Notes: a model not told the origin generated them from the letters alone. DNA of 62,531 nucleotides, filler included, from Actinomycetota bacterium (GCA_009886115.1; 6 parts of 6 records of this genome joined end to end with filler, not necessarily neighbours in it), one strand, 5' to 3'. Shown: positions 53,276 to 62,412, counted from the whole stretch's first letter. Translations and numbers: made by a program.

Positions 53276-54294
53276 CAGACGACGATCACGAACTGGTCGG
53301 GGCGGTCGTTGAGGTAGACCCGTCCGCCCGAGGCGACGCGGCCCTTGTCTTCGAGGAGGCGCTGGTTGGCCTCGGGCCACAGGTCGAGTGGTTGCCAGGC
53401 GCGTTCGTGGAGGAAGGCCTTGGCGTCGTTGATGTCGGGGAACTCCTTGGCGAAGCGGTCGGCCCAGACGGGGTTGACGGCCACGATGGTCTGGCCGCTG
53501 CCGCCGTTGGGTGTGAGGTACTTGTTCGAGAGGGGGAACGCCATGCTCTTGGCCAGCAGGTGCATGAGATCGCGGGCGTCGTCGCAGTGGATGTCGGCCA
53601 TGGCGTGGGTGCCCTTGGAACCGTGGATGGTGACGACGTCCTGATCGGCGCGGTAGCCCCACTGGGTGGCCAGCGACGGCCAGGGTGAGCGTTCCTCCCA
53701 CTCGCCGAAGCACAGTCCCGCCGTGCGTCCCGGCTGGCCGAACACGCTCTTGGAGGTCTGCCCGACCTTCTGGCCGCCGATGTTGCGCAGGCACAGCTGG
53801 ATGGTGCGGCCGATCGTGGCCGAACCCCGTCCGGCCGCGCCGCCCATGCAACCGGGCCCGGAGTCGATGCCCAGGCGGGCTCGCGAGGGGCCGTTCACGA
53901 TGATCGCCGGATGCACACTGCTGGTGGTGGTGGTGAGCCCGAACAGGTTGAAATCGGGTTCTGCCATGGCTTCGAGCACGGTGACGACGTGCATCATGGC
54001 GGCGGGCTCGAGGCCGGTCATCGCTCCGTTGATCGCCACCAGCTCGACGGTGGCCTCGCGATCCTGGGGCGGGAGCTTCGAGACCACGTCATCGGGATGG
54101 AAGCCGGTGGCATCGATGATGGAGCGCACGCGCGCCTCGGTGGGCGGGAGCAGCGGCAGACCGTCCCCCCAACCCTGTGTGAGCGAGAGCTCGTAGAGGG
54201 TGTACGGATCGGCGTCGATCTGGAGACGCTCGGCCCGCAGCGGGTCAGATGCCGCAGAGGAGGTCGACGAGACGGGGGTACGTGTCCGTAGCAA
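53191..54294 (-). CDS. Uncharacterised ~360-aa partner protein of UGSC-type (seleno)proteins
   Basis: GWGDGLPLLPPTEARV, ATVELVAINGAMTG, TTTSS...IVNGP, ATIGRTIQLCLRNIGG, GEWEERSPW, C-terminal VCGGxGxLH; overlaps the end of the UGSC gene; start uncertain (TTG). Confidence 0.75.
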   Translation of the reverse strand: MLRTRTPVSSTSSAASDPLRAERLQIDADPYTLYELSLTQGWGDGLPLLPPTEARVRSIIDATGFHPDDVVSKLPPQDREATVELVAINGAMTGLEPAAMMHVVTVLEAMAEPDFNLFGLTTTTSSVHPAIIVNGPSRARLGIDSGPGCMGGAAGRGSATIGRTIQLCLRNIGGQKVGQTSKSVFGQPGRTAGLCFGEWEERSPWPSLATQWGYRADQDVVTIHGSKGTHAMADIHCDDARDLMHLLAKSMAFPLSNKYLTPNGGSGQTIVAVNPVWADRFAKEFPDINDAKAFLHERAWQPLDLWPEANQRLLEDKGRVASGGRVYLNDRPDQFVIVVCGGQGNLHAVALPSWGDSQLQHRAVATG

Positions 54295-54793
54295 TCTGAC
54301 GCAGCTCCTCTTCGGGTCGCCCCTCCAGCGGGTACGGCAGGACGAGCAGTCGCAACGACGGACGGCCGTGATGCGCAGCCATGCGGTGGGCGAGGTCGAC
54401 GAACTCCTCGGTGACGACGACCACCGCCGGCTTCTCGAGACTCTCGACGATCACGGTGTCGTGGACACTCCACGCCGTGCACGAGCCTCAGTTGCCCAGA
54501 CCCACCACGCCGCACTCGACGAGGCGCGACCACTCGTCGACATCGCTGCGGGTCTTGGCGGCATTGGGTCCGGCGTGATCGCCCGTCCACACCACGTGGG
54601 CCTTGGCGCCATTCCGCTCGAGGAGGTTCGTCCACACGTCGACGACGGTGATGTACGAACGCCATGCCGTGTCGAGACGCAGCCCCACGGCCACGCCGGC
54701 GATCGGCCGGTCGAGCGTGTAGACGGCCGAGCCGTCGTCGGGCTCGGGTGGGGGAGTGGGGAGCAGGATCTCGATGGTGGGGCCCGTCGCCAT
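54245..54793 (-). CDS. UGSC-motif selenoprotein (182 aa, Sec at codon 102)
   Basis: Track ORFs 54488..54793 and 54245..54454 are one frame joined by a single TGA (54488-90): VVGLGN-U-GSCTAWSVHDTVIVESLEKPAVVVVTEEF...LVLPYPL; leaderless TAGTCT -10 box. Confidence 0.85.
54452..54479 (-). promoter_or_regulatory. Candidate bacterial SECIS hairpin
   Basis: Starts 8 nt after the UGA: CACGG-CGUGGA-GUG-UCCACG-ACA-CCGUG (two stems, G-containing apical loop about 20 nt from the UGA). Confidence 0.65.
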
Positions 54794-54825
54794 GGGCCGA
54801 GACTAGCCCGGTCGCTTCCACCCTG

Positions 54826-54874
54826 GTTCTTTGTGGCCAGCTCCACCCAGGACGCGGTGTGAGACCCAAAGAAG
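54826..54874. repeat. 49-bp palindromic REP-like element, copy 2
   Basis: GTTCTTTGTGGCCA-N23-GACCCAAAGAAG; same length and near-identical ends as 911-959. Confidence 0.6.
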
Positions 54875-54903
54875 GGAGGGACGGGCTCGCCGGGCCCCGA
54901 ACG

Positions 54904-55842
54904 TCAGGTGGGCACCGGGCCCCGGAGGGCCGGGAGCACGTCCTCGGCGAGCACCCGGGCCATGTCGTCGTGCTCGTCGGGCGGGCAGGCGAGCGCCAGG
55001 ATCATGGCCCGGCTCCCGGCGTCGCGGTACTCCTCGATCCGTCGCCGGCATTCCTCGGGTGTTCCGGCGACGAGATAGCGGCCGAGCTTCGAGAAGTCCT
55101 GCTGGTACGTGCCGCCCACCCGCTCGCTGGCGACGCGGCGGGCCTTCTCGCCATCGGGGTACACACTGGCGAAGCAGAACGTGGCGTTCCACACCACGTC
55201 GGAAGGGCGCCCGGCGTCCTCGCACATCGTTGCCAGCTTGGCACCCGCCGTCGACACCATCTCGGGCGAGTACATGTACGGCAGCCACACGTCGCCGTAG
55301 CGGGCGGCCCGGCGGATGGCTGCGTCGCGCCGGCCCGACACCCAGATCGGCGGCCCGGGGCGCTGCGTCGGCGGGGGTTGGAGACGGCCGGCCTGGAAGC
55401 TCGTGAACCGGCCCGCGAAGTCGACCGTGTCGCCCGTCCACAAGGCCCGGATGACCTCGAGTGCTTCGTTGGCTCGGGCGCCGCGTTCGTTGACGGGGAT
55501 GCCGCACGCCTCGAATTCGGTCGGATACTCGCCGCCGATGCCGACGCCGAACTGGAAGCGACCGCCCGAGAGCACGTCGAGCGCGGCGGTCTGCTTGGCC
55601 AGGATCGCCGGAGGGTAGAGGGGTAAGAGCACGATCGAGCTGAGCAGCTTGACCCGTTGGGTGACCGCAGCGGCGAACGCCAACGCCATGAGGGCATTGG
55701 GTGTGGGACCGTGGAACATGAGGTGCTCGCCCGTGGCGACGTAGTCGAACCCGAGCTGCTCGGCCCGCTGGGCCCGCTCGGCCGAGCCGGGATCGACCCC
55801 ACCGAAGACGAGCCCGAACTCCATCTGCTCGGGTCCTGCCAT
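54904..55842 (-). CDS. LLM class flavin/F420-dependent oxidoreductase
   Basis: AEQLGFDYVATGEH, LPLYPPAILAKQTAALDVLSGGRFQFGVGIG, ERGARANEAL, PPIWVSG...AIRRAARYGDVW. Confidence 0.9.
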   Translation of the reverse strand: MAGPEQMEFGLVFGGVDPGSAERAQRAEQLGFDYVATGEHLMFHGPTPNALMALAFAAAVTQRVKLLSSIVLLPLYPPAILAKQTAALDVLSGGRFQFGVGIGGEYPTEFEACGIPVNERGARANEALEVIRALWTGDTVDFAGRFTSFQAGRLQPPPTQRPGPPIWVSGRRDAAIRRAARYGDVWLPYMYSPEMVSTAGAKLATMCEDAGRPSDVVWNATFCFASVYPDGEKARRVASERVGGTYQQDFSKLGRYLVAGTPEECRRRIEEYRDAGSRAMILALACPPDEHDDMARVLAEDVLPALRGPVPT

Positions 55843-56018
55843 GGACGGGCCCTCTTCTCGGCGGCGTGGTTCGAACATTCGAGAGAGTACCGCCGGGCTC
55901 GGGCTTGGGTCTCGGGGCACGGGCCGGGTCCGGGGTCGGGCATCGCGACGAGGTGGCGGGGGAGTTTCCTGCCACCTCGTCGCGGCTGGCTACCCGGTGG
56001 GTTCGGCGCAGCAGCAGG

Positions 56019-56640
56019 TCAGTCGTCGTTCCTGATGATGCCGTCGGCGGTGCTGCACCCGGTGTCGAGCGTGGCCCCGGAAGGGTTGGTGAGTCGGAGC
56101 GTGAACCTCTCGTCGGGTTCGACGGTGTGGTCGCCCTTGACCGTTATCTTCACGGTACGGCTGGTCTGGCCAGGGTTGAACGTGACGGTCTGGTTCGTGA
56201 TGGCGACATAGTCGGATCCGGCTTTTGCGGTTCCGTCGGCGGTGCTGGCCTTGACGGTGACGGAGCTCGTTGCGGCTCGGTCGGGGGTGATGGTGAAGGT
56301 GAGCACCTTGGTGCCCTGGTTGCCCTCGCTCGTCGCGGCCTCGGTGATGAACAGCCGAGTGGTCGTGCCCGTGTCGTCGTTGACGATGGAGGCTTGGGCA
56401 GTTCCGTCACCGATGGTGAGGTTCTGGGGGTTCGACAGCACGACGTGGAACCGTTCGGACAGCTTGGCGATCACGGTCTCGTTGCCCGTGGCGGGACCGT
56501 CGAGCGTGAGGACCATCTGGATCTGGCTGGTCCCGGCGTTCCCGTCGACCTTCGACCGGTTGGCGATCGACACGACACGACGCACCGGCGGTGGTGGTGC
56601 CGGCGGGGAAGGTGACGAGCTGGTTGGTGATGGTGCCGCT
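56019..56640 (-). pseudogene. Calx-beta repeat remnant (C-terminal part of an adhesin-like gene)
   Basis: One full Calx-beta repeat (SEGNQGTK...TADGTAKAGSDY...TFNPGQTSRT...DHTVEPDERF...IRNDD) preceded by an internally deleted repeat and an out-of-frame piece (VTFPAGTT); no start codon. Confidence 0.65.
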
Positions 56641-56674
56641 CTCTGTGTGTCGTGACCTCCGAGACGACGTCGGT

Positions 56675-57439
56675 TCAGCCTCGGCCCGACCATGCCCGGG
56701 CGACGGCGCCGATGCGTCGGCGCCCTGTGGCGATGTCCCGTGTGACGACGCGCGCCGTTGCTCCCGGGCCGGCGAGGTCGAAGACAGATTCGGACAGCAC
56801 TGCCCCGGTACTTTGCGCCCTGATGGTGCTCGTTCGTGCGGGGCCCGGATCGCTGCTCGGACTGACATGTGGGCGGCGGCCGAGCACATGGACGGCTCCC
56901 AGATACCGGACGGAGCCGAGCACAGCCGGTCCGGTGGCGCCGGGCTGGCTGGTGTCGATGCCGTCGCGCAGCAGGGCCCGTCCAGCGTGGCGCGCCGTGA
57001 GGGTCGTGGCGACGGGCCCGGCTGTCTCGCCGCTGCGTCCGAGCACGAGCTCCTCCACCCAGATGGCGACGCCGGTCGACGCCAGCTCGATGCGGGTGGC
57101 GCCGCGATGGTCGCACCCGGCGCAGGCGACGAGGGGCTCGGGCCACCAGGTCAGGTGGGCGTCGTCAGCCACGTGGGCCTCGACGTCGAAGCGGGTCCCG
57201 GGGCCGCCGTGCACCGGATGTGCCAGCGTCGCCGCGACCGTGTGGACGGCCAGCATGCTGCCCGGTCCGAGCCGCACGCTGACCGTGACGACATCGCCCC
57301 TCAGGAGGCCGGCTGCCGAGCCGACGAGATGCACGACGGCGCTGCCGGGCCCGCCGGTGACCTTGGCCGCGAACGGGGGCTCGGCCCGTAGGCACACGAC
57401 CCGGTTGTCGGCTACGACGATCTCGACGGCACCTTCCAC
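56675..57439 (-). CDS. ureD: Urease accessory protein UreD
   Basis: VHLVGSAAGLLRGD, VHTVAATLAHP, LTWWPEPLV, EELVLGRSGE; directly downstream of ureG. Confidence 0.82.
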   Translation of the reverse strand: MEGAVEIVVADNRVVCLRAEPPFAAKVTGGPGSAVVHLVGSAAGLLRGDVVTVSVRLGPGSMLAVHTVAATLAHPVHGGPGTRFDVEAHVADDAHLTWWPEPLVACAGCDHRGATRIELASTGVAIWVEELVLGRSGETAGPVATTLTARHAGRALLRDGIDTSQPGATGPAVLGSVRYLGAVHVLGRRPHVSPSSDPGPARTSTIRAQSTGAVLSESVFDLAGPGATARVVTRDIATGRRRIGAVARAWSGRG

Positions 57440-57455
57440 GCAGCTGACCCGTCGC

Positions 57456-58247
57456 TCAGTGCGGGTGGGGGTGCGGGTGCGGATGTGAGTGGTCGTGCGC
57501 GTGGTCTTGGCCGAGGCGGGCCTGAGCAGATGCCGCGGCCGGGCCGGCGGCCAGCGCGGCCTCGACGAACGCGCCCACCTGGCTGGCGAGCGGATCCTCG
57601 ACGAGCGAGGTGAACACGACCGGCCGGCCGTCGCGGACGCGGGCGGCGTCGGAGGCCATCACCGAGAGATCGGCCCCGACGAACGGAGCCAGGTCGGTCT
57701 TGTTGATCACCAGCAGATCAGATCGGCACACACCCGGCCCGCCCTTGCGGGGCACCTTGTCGCCGCCGGCCACGTCGATCACGAAGAGCTGCACGTCGGC
57801 CAGCCGGGGGCTGAACGTCGCCGTGAGATTGTCGCCCCCCGACTCCACGAGCACGAGCTCGAGGCCGGGATGGCGCGCCTCGAGGCCGTCGACGGCATCG
57901 AGGTTGGCCGTCACGTCGTCGCGGATGGCCGTGTGCGGACAGCATCCGGTCTCCACGCCCACGATCCGGTCGGGGGCCAACACTCCGGCGCGCAGCAGCT
58001 GCTCGGCGTCCTCGCTGGTGTAGATGTCGTTGGTGACAACGGCCATGTCGACCCGGCCCGAAAGTGAGCGACACAACGCCGCCACGAGCGCCGTCTTGCC
58101 CGAGCCGACCGGGCCGCCGATGCCCACGCGCAACGCCCGGGTGGGTTGGTGGTGCGGGGTTTCACGGGACGGGGCGTCACGGGACGGGGTTTCACGGGAC
58201 GGGGTTTCACGGGACGGAGTTTCACGGGACGGGGTTTCACGAGGCAT
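57456..58247 (-). CDS. ureG: Urease accessory GTPase UreG with a His-rich C-terminal tail
   Basis: [52 protein letters not shown]; tail [14 protein letters not shown]. Confidence 0.96.
   Translation of the reverse strand: MPRETPSRETPSRETPSRETPSRDAPSRETPHHQPTRALRVGIGGPVGSGKTALVAALCRSLSGRVDMAVVTNDIYTSEDAEQLLRAGVLAPDRIVGVETGCCPHTAIRDDVTANLDAVDGLEARHPGLELVLVESGGDNLTATFSPRLADVQLFVIDVAGGDKVPRKGGPGVCRSDLLVINKTDLAPFVGADLSVMASDAARVRDGRPVVFTSLVEDPLASQVGAFVEAALAAGPAAASAQARLGQDHAHDHSHPHPHPHPH
58156..58241. repeat. 15-bp in-frame tandem repeat (about 5.7 copies) in the 5' end of ureG
   Basis: GGGGTTTCACGGGAC units, encoding PSRET repeats. Confidence 0.92.
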
Positions 58248-58300
58248 ACAGGCGCATCTCCTGGCGAGAGTGGCGGTCGGAACGGGCGTCGTGCAGGGGC
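58237..58300 (-). CDS. ureF: UreF 3' end (partial)
   Basis: ...[20 protein letters not shown] matches the UreF C-terminal H...RLFxS motif and overlaps the ureG start. Confidence 0.7.
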
Positions 58301-58400
58301 NNNNNNNNNNNNNNNNNNNNNNNNNNNNNNNNNNNNNNNNNNNNTTAATTAATTAANNNNNNNNNNNNNNNNNNNNNNNNNNNNNNNNNNNNNNNNNNNN
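58301..58400. other. Artificial contig-joining spacer
   Basis: N44-TTAATTAATTAA-N44. Confidence 0.98.
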
Positions 58401-58512
58401 CGATCTCATCGAGAACCAGCCCTACATCCTCACCCACGGCGGGTACAGGTCCGACTACAACCTGCGGCGCGACGCCATCGAGGCTGCGTTCGATCGAATG
58501 GAGGCATCGTGA
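58401..58512 (+). CDS. 3' end of a gene (possibly SDR family)
   Basis: ...DLIENQPYILTHGGYRSDYNLRRDAIEAAFDRMEAS*; resembles SDR C-terminal tails. Confidence 0.4.
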
Positions 58513-58603
58513 ACGACCAGCGGGCCCGGCGGCTGCGGGCCGGCCCGCTCGAGTGACGACCGCAGACCTTTCGTGACGAACCGGTACCCGACCAGGAGAC
58601 GAC

Positions 58604-59413
58604 GTGGAGTTCGAGACCATCCTCTATGAGCGTCGCGACCGCACCGCCTGCATCACCCTGAACCGTCCCGACAAGCTCAACGCCATCGACCACACGATGA
58701 TCCGCGAGCTCGACGAGGCCTACCGCGCCGCCGAGGGCGACGACGACGTCTGGACGCTCATCGTCACCGGCGCCGGGCGCGCCCTGTGCAGCGGGGCCGA
58801 CGTCACGACCGTGGAACAGCCCAAGCCCGGCATGGACACCCGTGGCGAACCGCTGCTCGGCTCGTACTGGCAGTGGAACACGTCGGCGGAAGCCACGCCG
58901 CCGTACCTCGAGATGGCCAAGCCCGTCATCTGCGCCGTGAACGGCGTCGCGGCCGGCGCCGGTCTCGACCTGATCACCACGTGCGACATCGCCATTGCCT
59001 CGACGACAGCCACGTTCCTCGATCCCCACGTGAGCATCGGCGTCGTGTCAGCCCGAGAGTCGGCGCGCCTGGTACGGGTGCTGCCCCTCAACGTGGCCAT
59101 GCGCGTGGCGCTCATGGGCACGCAGGAGCGGCTCAGCGCGCAGCGGGCCTACGAGCTGGGACTCGTCACCGAGCTCGTCGAACCCGAGAAGCTGATGGAC
59201 AGGGCCTGGGAGATCGCCGCGATGATCAACCGCAACGCCCCTCTCGCCGTGCGCGGCACCCGGCTCGGCATCCGCAAGGGCCTCGGGCTCCCCATCGCCC
59301 AGGCCGAGCACGTGGCCGAGAGCCACCGGCTGCGCGTGGCCCACTCCGACGACGCATTCGAGGGCCCGCGGGCCTTCCTCGAAAAGCGGGCCCCCGATTG
59401 GCAGTGCCGCTGA
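58604..59413 (+). CDS. Enoyl-CoA hydratase/isomerase family protein
   Basis: ITLNRPDKLNA, LCSGADV, KPVICAVNGVAAGAG, DAFEGPRAFLEKRAPDW. Confidence 0.92.
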   Translation: MEFETILYERRDRTACITLNRPDKLNAIDHTMIRELDEAYRAAEGDDDVWTLIVTGAGRALCSGADVTTVEQPKPGMDTRGEPLLGSYWQWNTSAEATPPYLEMAKPVICAVNGVAAGAGLDLITTCDIAIASTTATFLDPHVSIGVVSARESARLVRVLPLNVAMRVALMGTQERLSAQRAYELGLVTELVEPEKLMDRAWEIAAMINRNAPLAVRGTRLGIRKGLGLPIAQAEHVAESHRLRVAHSDDAFEGPRAFLEKRAPDWQCR

Positions 59414-59526
59414 ACCGTCATCGGTGGGCGGTGAGATGTCGCGATCTGAAGCCGTCCGTCCAAAGTGGAAAGATCTAGATGTAAGGCTAAGGTGCAACGC
59501 TTGGATGTCACGACGCAGGAGACACG

Positions 59527-60402
59527 GTGACTGACGATCGAGTCCGGATGGAACGCGATGTCGAGACCGGTATCGCACGTGTGACGATCGACAATCCGGC
59601 TCGTCGGAATTCCTACGACCCGTCGATGCGCCGCCAGTTGGGTGACTACCTTCACGATCTCGCCGACGACGACGACATCAAGGTCGTGCTGTTGCGCGGC
59701 GAGGGTGGTGTGTTCAGCACGGGTGCCGACATGAACAATGCCTATGCCTGGTATGGCGACGGAGCGGTCGCCGGGAGTGAAGCTGGGCGTCGTCGTCGTC
59801 CGAGCCAGCGTCGTCGTCTCACGGTCGATCGCCAGGCGTTCGACTTCTACCATCAGTTCCTCGGGTATCCGAAGGCCACCGTGGCCGAGGTGCGCGGCTA
59901 CGCGTTGGGCGGCGGGCTCGAGCTGGCGCTCATGGCCGACATAGCGGTCGTGGCTGGGAACACGAAGCTCGGCATGCCGGCGACCCGGTTGCTCGGGCCG
60001 GCGCTGGGCTCGTTGCACCTGTTCTTCCATCGGCTCGGTCCGGTGCTCACCCGGCGTCTCCTGTTGACGGGTGACACGGTGGACGCCTCGAGCATCGCCC
60101 ATCTGGGCGTGTTCACCGAGGTGCTCGACGACGGCCTGGTCGCGGCCCGGGCCGAGTGGTTCGCGCACAAGGTTGCCCGGATGCCCGCTGATGGCATCGT
60201 GATGGCCAAGGAGGCATTTCGCTTGGTCGAGCAGCTCCAGGCGTATCAGGGTGAGGAAGTGACGAGTTACCTGGTGCACGCGTTCGGTACGAACCTCCAG
60301 TTCGACGAGGGCGAGTTCAACTTCGTCAAGGCCCGCGCCGAGCACGGCACCTCACGCGCCTTCCAACTCCGCGACGAGCACTTCGAGATTCCCGAACCCT
60401 GA
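59527..60402 (+). CDS. Enoyl-CoA hydratase/isomerase family protein
   Basis: VTIDNPARRNS, FSTGADM, KATVAEVRGYALGGGLELAL. Confidence 0.9.
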   Translation: MTDDRVRMERDVETGIARVTIDNPARRNSYDPSMRRQLGDYLHDLADDDDIKVVLLRGEGGVFSTGADMNNAYAWYGDGAVAGSEAGRRRRPSQRRRLTVDRQAFDFYHQFLGYPKATVAEVRGYALGGGLELALMADIAVVAGNTKLGMPATRLLGPALGSLHLFFHRLGPVLTRRLLLTGDTVDASSIAHLGVFTEVLDDGLVAARAEWFAHKVARMPADGIVMAKEAFRLVEQLQAYQGEEVTSYLVHAFGTNLQFDEGEFNFVKARAEHGTSRAFQLRDEHFEIPEP

Positions 60403-60484
60403 GCTCCGCGTGCACCGGCTGAGGGCTGCCTGGCCAGAACACGATCCCGGGCGCGACCCTGCTCCGGTGCGCCATGGTTGGGTG

Positions 60485-60943
60485 GTGCAGCTCTCGTCTG
60501 ATCGGCGGTACTCGTTCCCGGTGGAGGTCGCGGTGGTCTGGGCGGCCGTCGCCGACGTCGACCGGTACCCCGCCCTGTGGCCGTGGTTGCAGCAGTTCGA
60601 TGCGGGTGGCTTGATCGCCGGTGAGGTCTGGCGGTGCCGGGTGAAGCCTCCGCTCCCGTACTCGGTGCGTTTCACCATCGAGCTCGAGGAGGTCGTGCCT
60701 CTCGACCATGTGGTGGCGAGCGTCGCCGGTGACATCTCGGGTGTCGCCCGCCTCGACTTCGAGTCGACCGCGGCCGGCTCGGACATCCGGCTGACGTCGA
60801 CGCTGGCCCCGAGCGGTCGGGCGTTCGCGCTCGTCGCCACCGTGATGCGTCCGCTTGTGGGGCGCGGCCACGACTGGGTGCTCGACACCGGCGCCGCCCA
60901 GTTCGCGCGGAGCTTGAGCCCCACCGCCGAGTCCGACCAATGA
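60485..60943 (+). CDS. SRPBCC/polyketide cyclase-like protein
   Basis: YSFPVEVAVVWAAVADVDRYPALWPW...LPYSVRF...VAGDISG...HDWV. Confidence 0.75.
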   Translation: MQLSSDRRYSFPVEVAVVWAAVADVDRYPALWPWLQQFDAGGLIAGEVWRCRVKPPLPYSVRFTIELEEVVPLDHVVASVAGDISGVARLDFESTAAGSDIRLTSTLAPSGRAFALVATVMRPLVGRGHDWVLDTGAAQFARSLSPTAESDQ

Positions 60944-60982
60944 CCGGCGGCTCGCGTTGTCCTGCGCCGGAACACCAAGGCG

Positions 60983-61285
60983 TTATTGGGTTGCGGGCTC
61001 TGCTCCAGCAACGAGAAAGACGCGCGCGTCGGCCGAGGCAATGCGCAGCGGCATGACCGCCTGGTACTCGGGGGAGTGGTACCACGCCTGGGCGCTGGCC
61101 CAGTCGGGGAACTCGAGCACGACCATCCGCCCGGTCACCGGCTCGCCTTCCAGGCTCTCGACGCCGCCACCACGAACCAGGTACCGACCGCCGAATGCGT
61201 CGACGGTGGCCGGGGCCAGGGCACGGTACGGCTCGTAGGCCGTCGGGTCGGTCACGGCGATCTCACCGATGATGTAGGCAGGCAT
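60983..61285 (-). CDS. DUF1330 domain protein
   Basis: MPAYII...YEPYR...FGGRYLVRGG...LEG...VVLEFPD...AWYHSPEYQ; leaderless TACTCT -10 box. Confidence 0.9.
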   Translation of the reverse strand: MPAYIIGEIAVTDPTAYEPYRALAPATVDAFGGRYLVRGGGVESLEGEPVTGRMVVLEFPDWASAQAWYHSPEYQAVMPLRIASADARVFLVAGAEPATQ

Positions 61286-61830
61286 GGCGCAAGAGTACGG
61301 CCCGCCCGCCCCGACGGCTCAGATCGCACTTCGGGCACTTCCTGAGCACGGCCTCGCCGCGCCGCTCGCCGCAGTTCGGGCAGTACGTGACGATCGAGGT
61401 GTCGGCGTCGAGACCCTGGCACCGAGGACAGACGAAGTCGATGTCGAAGTTCTTCAAGCGGGCCAGCGATCCGAGGATGATGAACGGGTTCACGCCGCGA
61501 GGCGACACCGTGGCCCCGACCGCACCCGTGAGCACCTGCTTGCGGCGGTTGCGTTCCTGGAGCTTCTTGAAGTCGGGGTTCTCGACCTTCTCGAGCTTGC
61601 ACGTGGTGCAGATCTGCAGCGTGCGCAACGGCAGGTTTCCCCTGATCTCGGACTGCTTGGCCAGGAACTCGACCACCGGAACCTCGCCTTCGCTCAACTC
61701 GAGCACGAGACGGCCCTGCGGCTGGGCAGCGATGGCCGCCTCGAGGCGGGTCGAGAACGTCTCGACATCGTGCGCCAGGTTGGCGGGCATCGAGCCCGGC
61801 TTCCTGGAGATGAGCAGAGCCACCGCGAGG
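61263..61830 (-). CDS. Multi-CxxC zinc-ribbon hypothetical protein (possibly truncated or chimeric)
   Basis: CTTC, CPRC, CPNC and CPKC motifs in one frame; start unclear; C-terminus degenerates into the DUF1330 promoter region. Confidence 0.5.
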
Positions 61831-62157
61831 AGGCCGTCGACGGCTCGCTGTCGGCGGTCGCGTAGTAGTCGCCGGCCGTGGTGCTGTGGTCGACGGCCAC
61901 GTCGAGGCTGGCGTCTGCTCTGGCAACGCGGCATCGCCGGCCACGTCGTACCCGCCGGCGTACGCGGCCGTGGCGGCGGCTGCGTCAGCCACCGAGGTGT
62001 CCTCGGCCGAGTACTCGTCCCACGTGCTGTCGCTCATGACCCCTCCAGGCTCGTCGCTCGGCCTCGAGCCCAAGCCCGGCGGAAGTCGAAATCTGCAACC
62101 TGGTCGAGCGAACAGCGCCTCGGCCGAATTGCCCAGACGTGTGACGGCCGTGCCCCG

Positions 62158-62412
62158 CTACGACTCGTCGGAGATCTTCTCCCACCATTGGCACCACCAC
62201 TGATCGCCCACGAGGATGCGGAGCTTGGGGTGCCAGCAGTACGAGACCTCCACCGTGGGCTCCAGGTAGTACAGGCAGTTCTCGCACTTCTCGTTCCCCG
62301 ACGGTCGTCCCTTCAACACCGCGTTGTCGGAGAGATGACGCAGCTCGATCGAGAGCTTCTCGTCGATCTCCTTGGGCTCGGGCGGCGGGATCACGTACTC
62401 GGGCTCGATCAT
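62158..62412 (-). CDS. Small HiPIP-like four-Cys iron-sulfur protein (84 aa, no export signal)
   Basis: C-EN-C-LYY-x9-C-x12-WW-C-QWW pattern; TAGCGT -10 box 8 nt before ATG 62412. Confidence 0.6.
   Translation of the reverse strand: MIEPEYVIPPPEPKEIDEKLSIELRHLSDNAVLKGRPSGNEKCENCLYYLEPTVEVSYCWHPKLRILVGDQWWCQWWEKISDES

Noticed and set aside
54245..54793. Two separate small genes or a nonsense pseudogene
   Set aside because: The single in-frame TGA forms a UxxC motif, has a downstream hairpin and sits in a continuous protein-like sequence, which favours selenocysteine.
56019..57146. 375-aa ORF as an intact Calx-beta protein
   Set aside because: Its N-terminal half is an alternative frame of ureD; only the C-terminal part is Calx-beta-like.
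29710..58400. Five identical N44-TTAATTAATTAA-N44 blocks that could look like a repeat family or recombination sites
   Set aside because: They are artificial six-frame-stop linkers joining contigs. ORFs ending in XXX...LIN and any gene linkage across them are artefacts.
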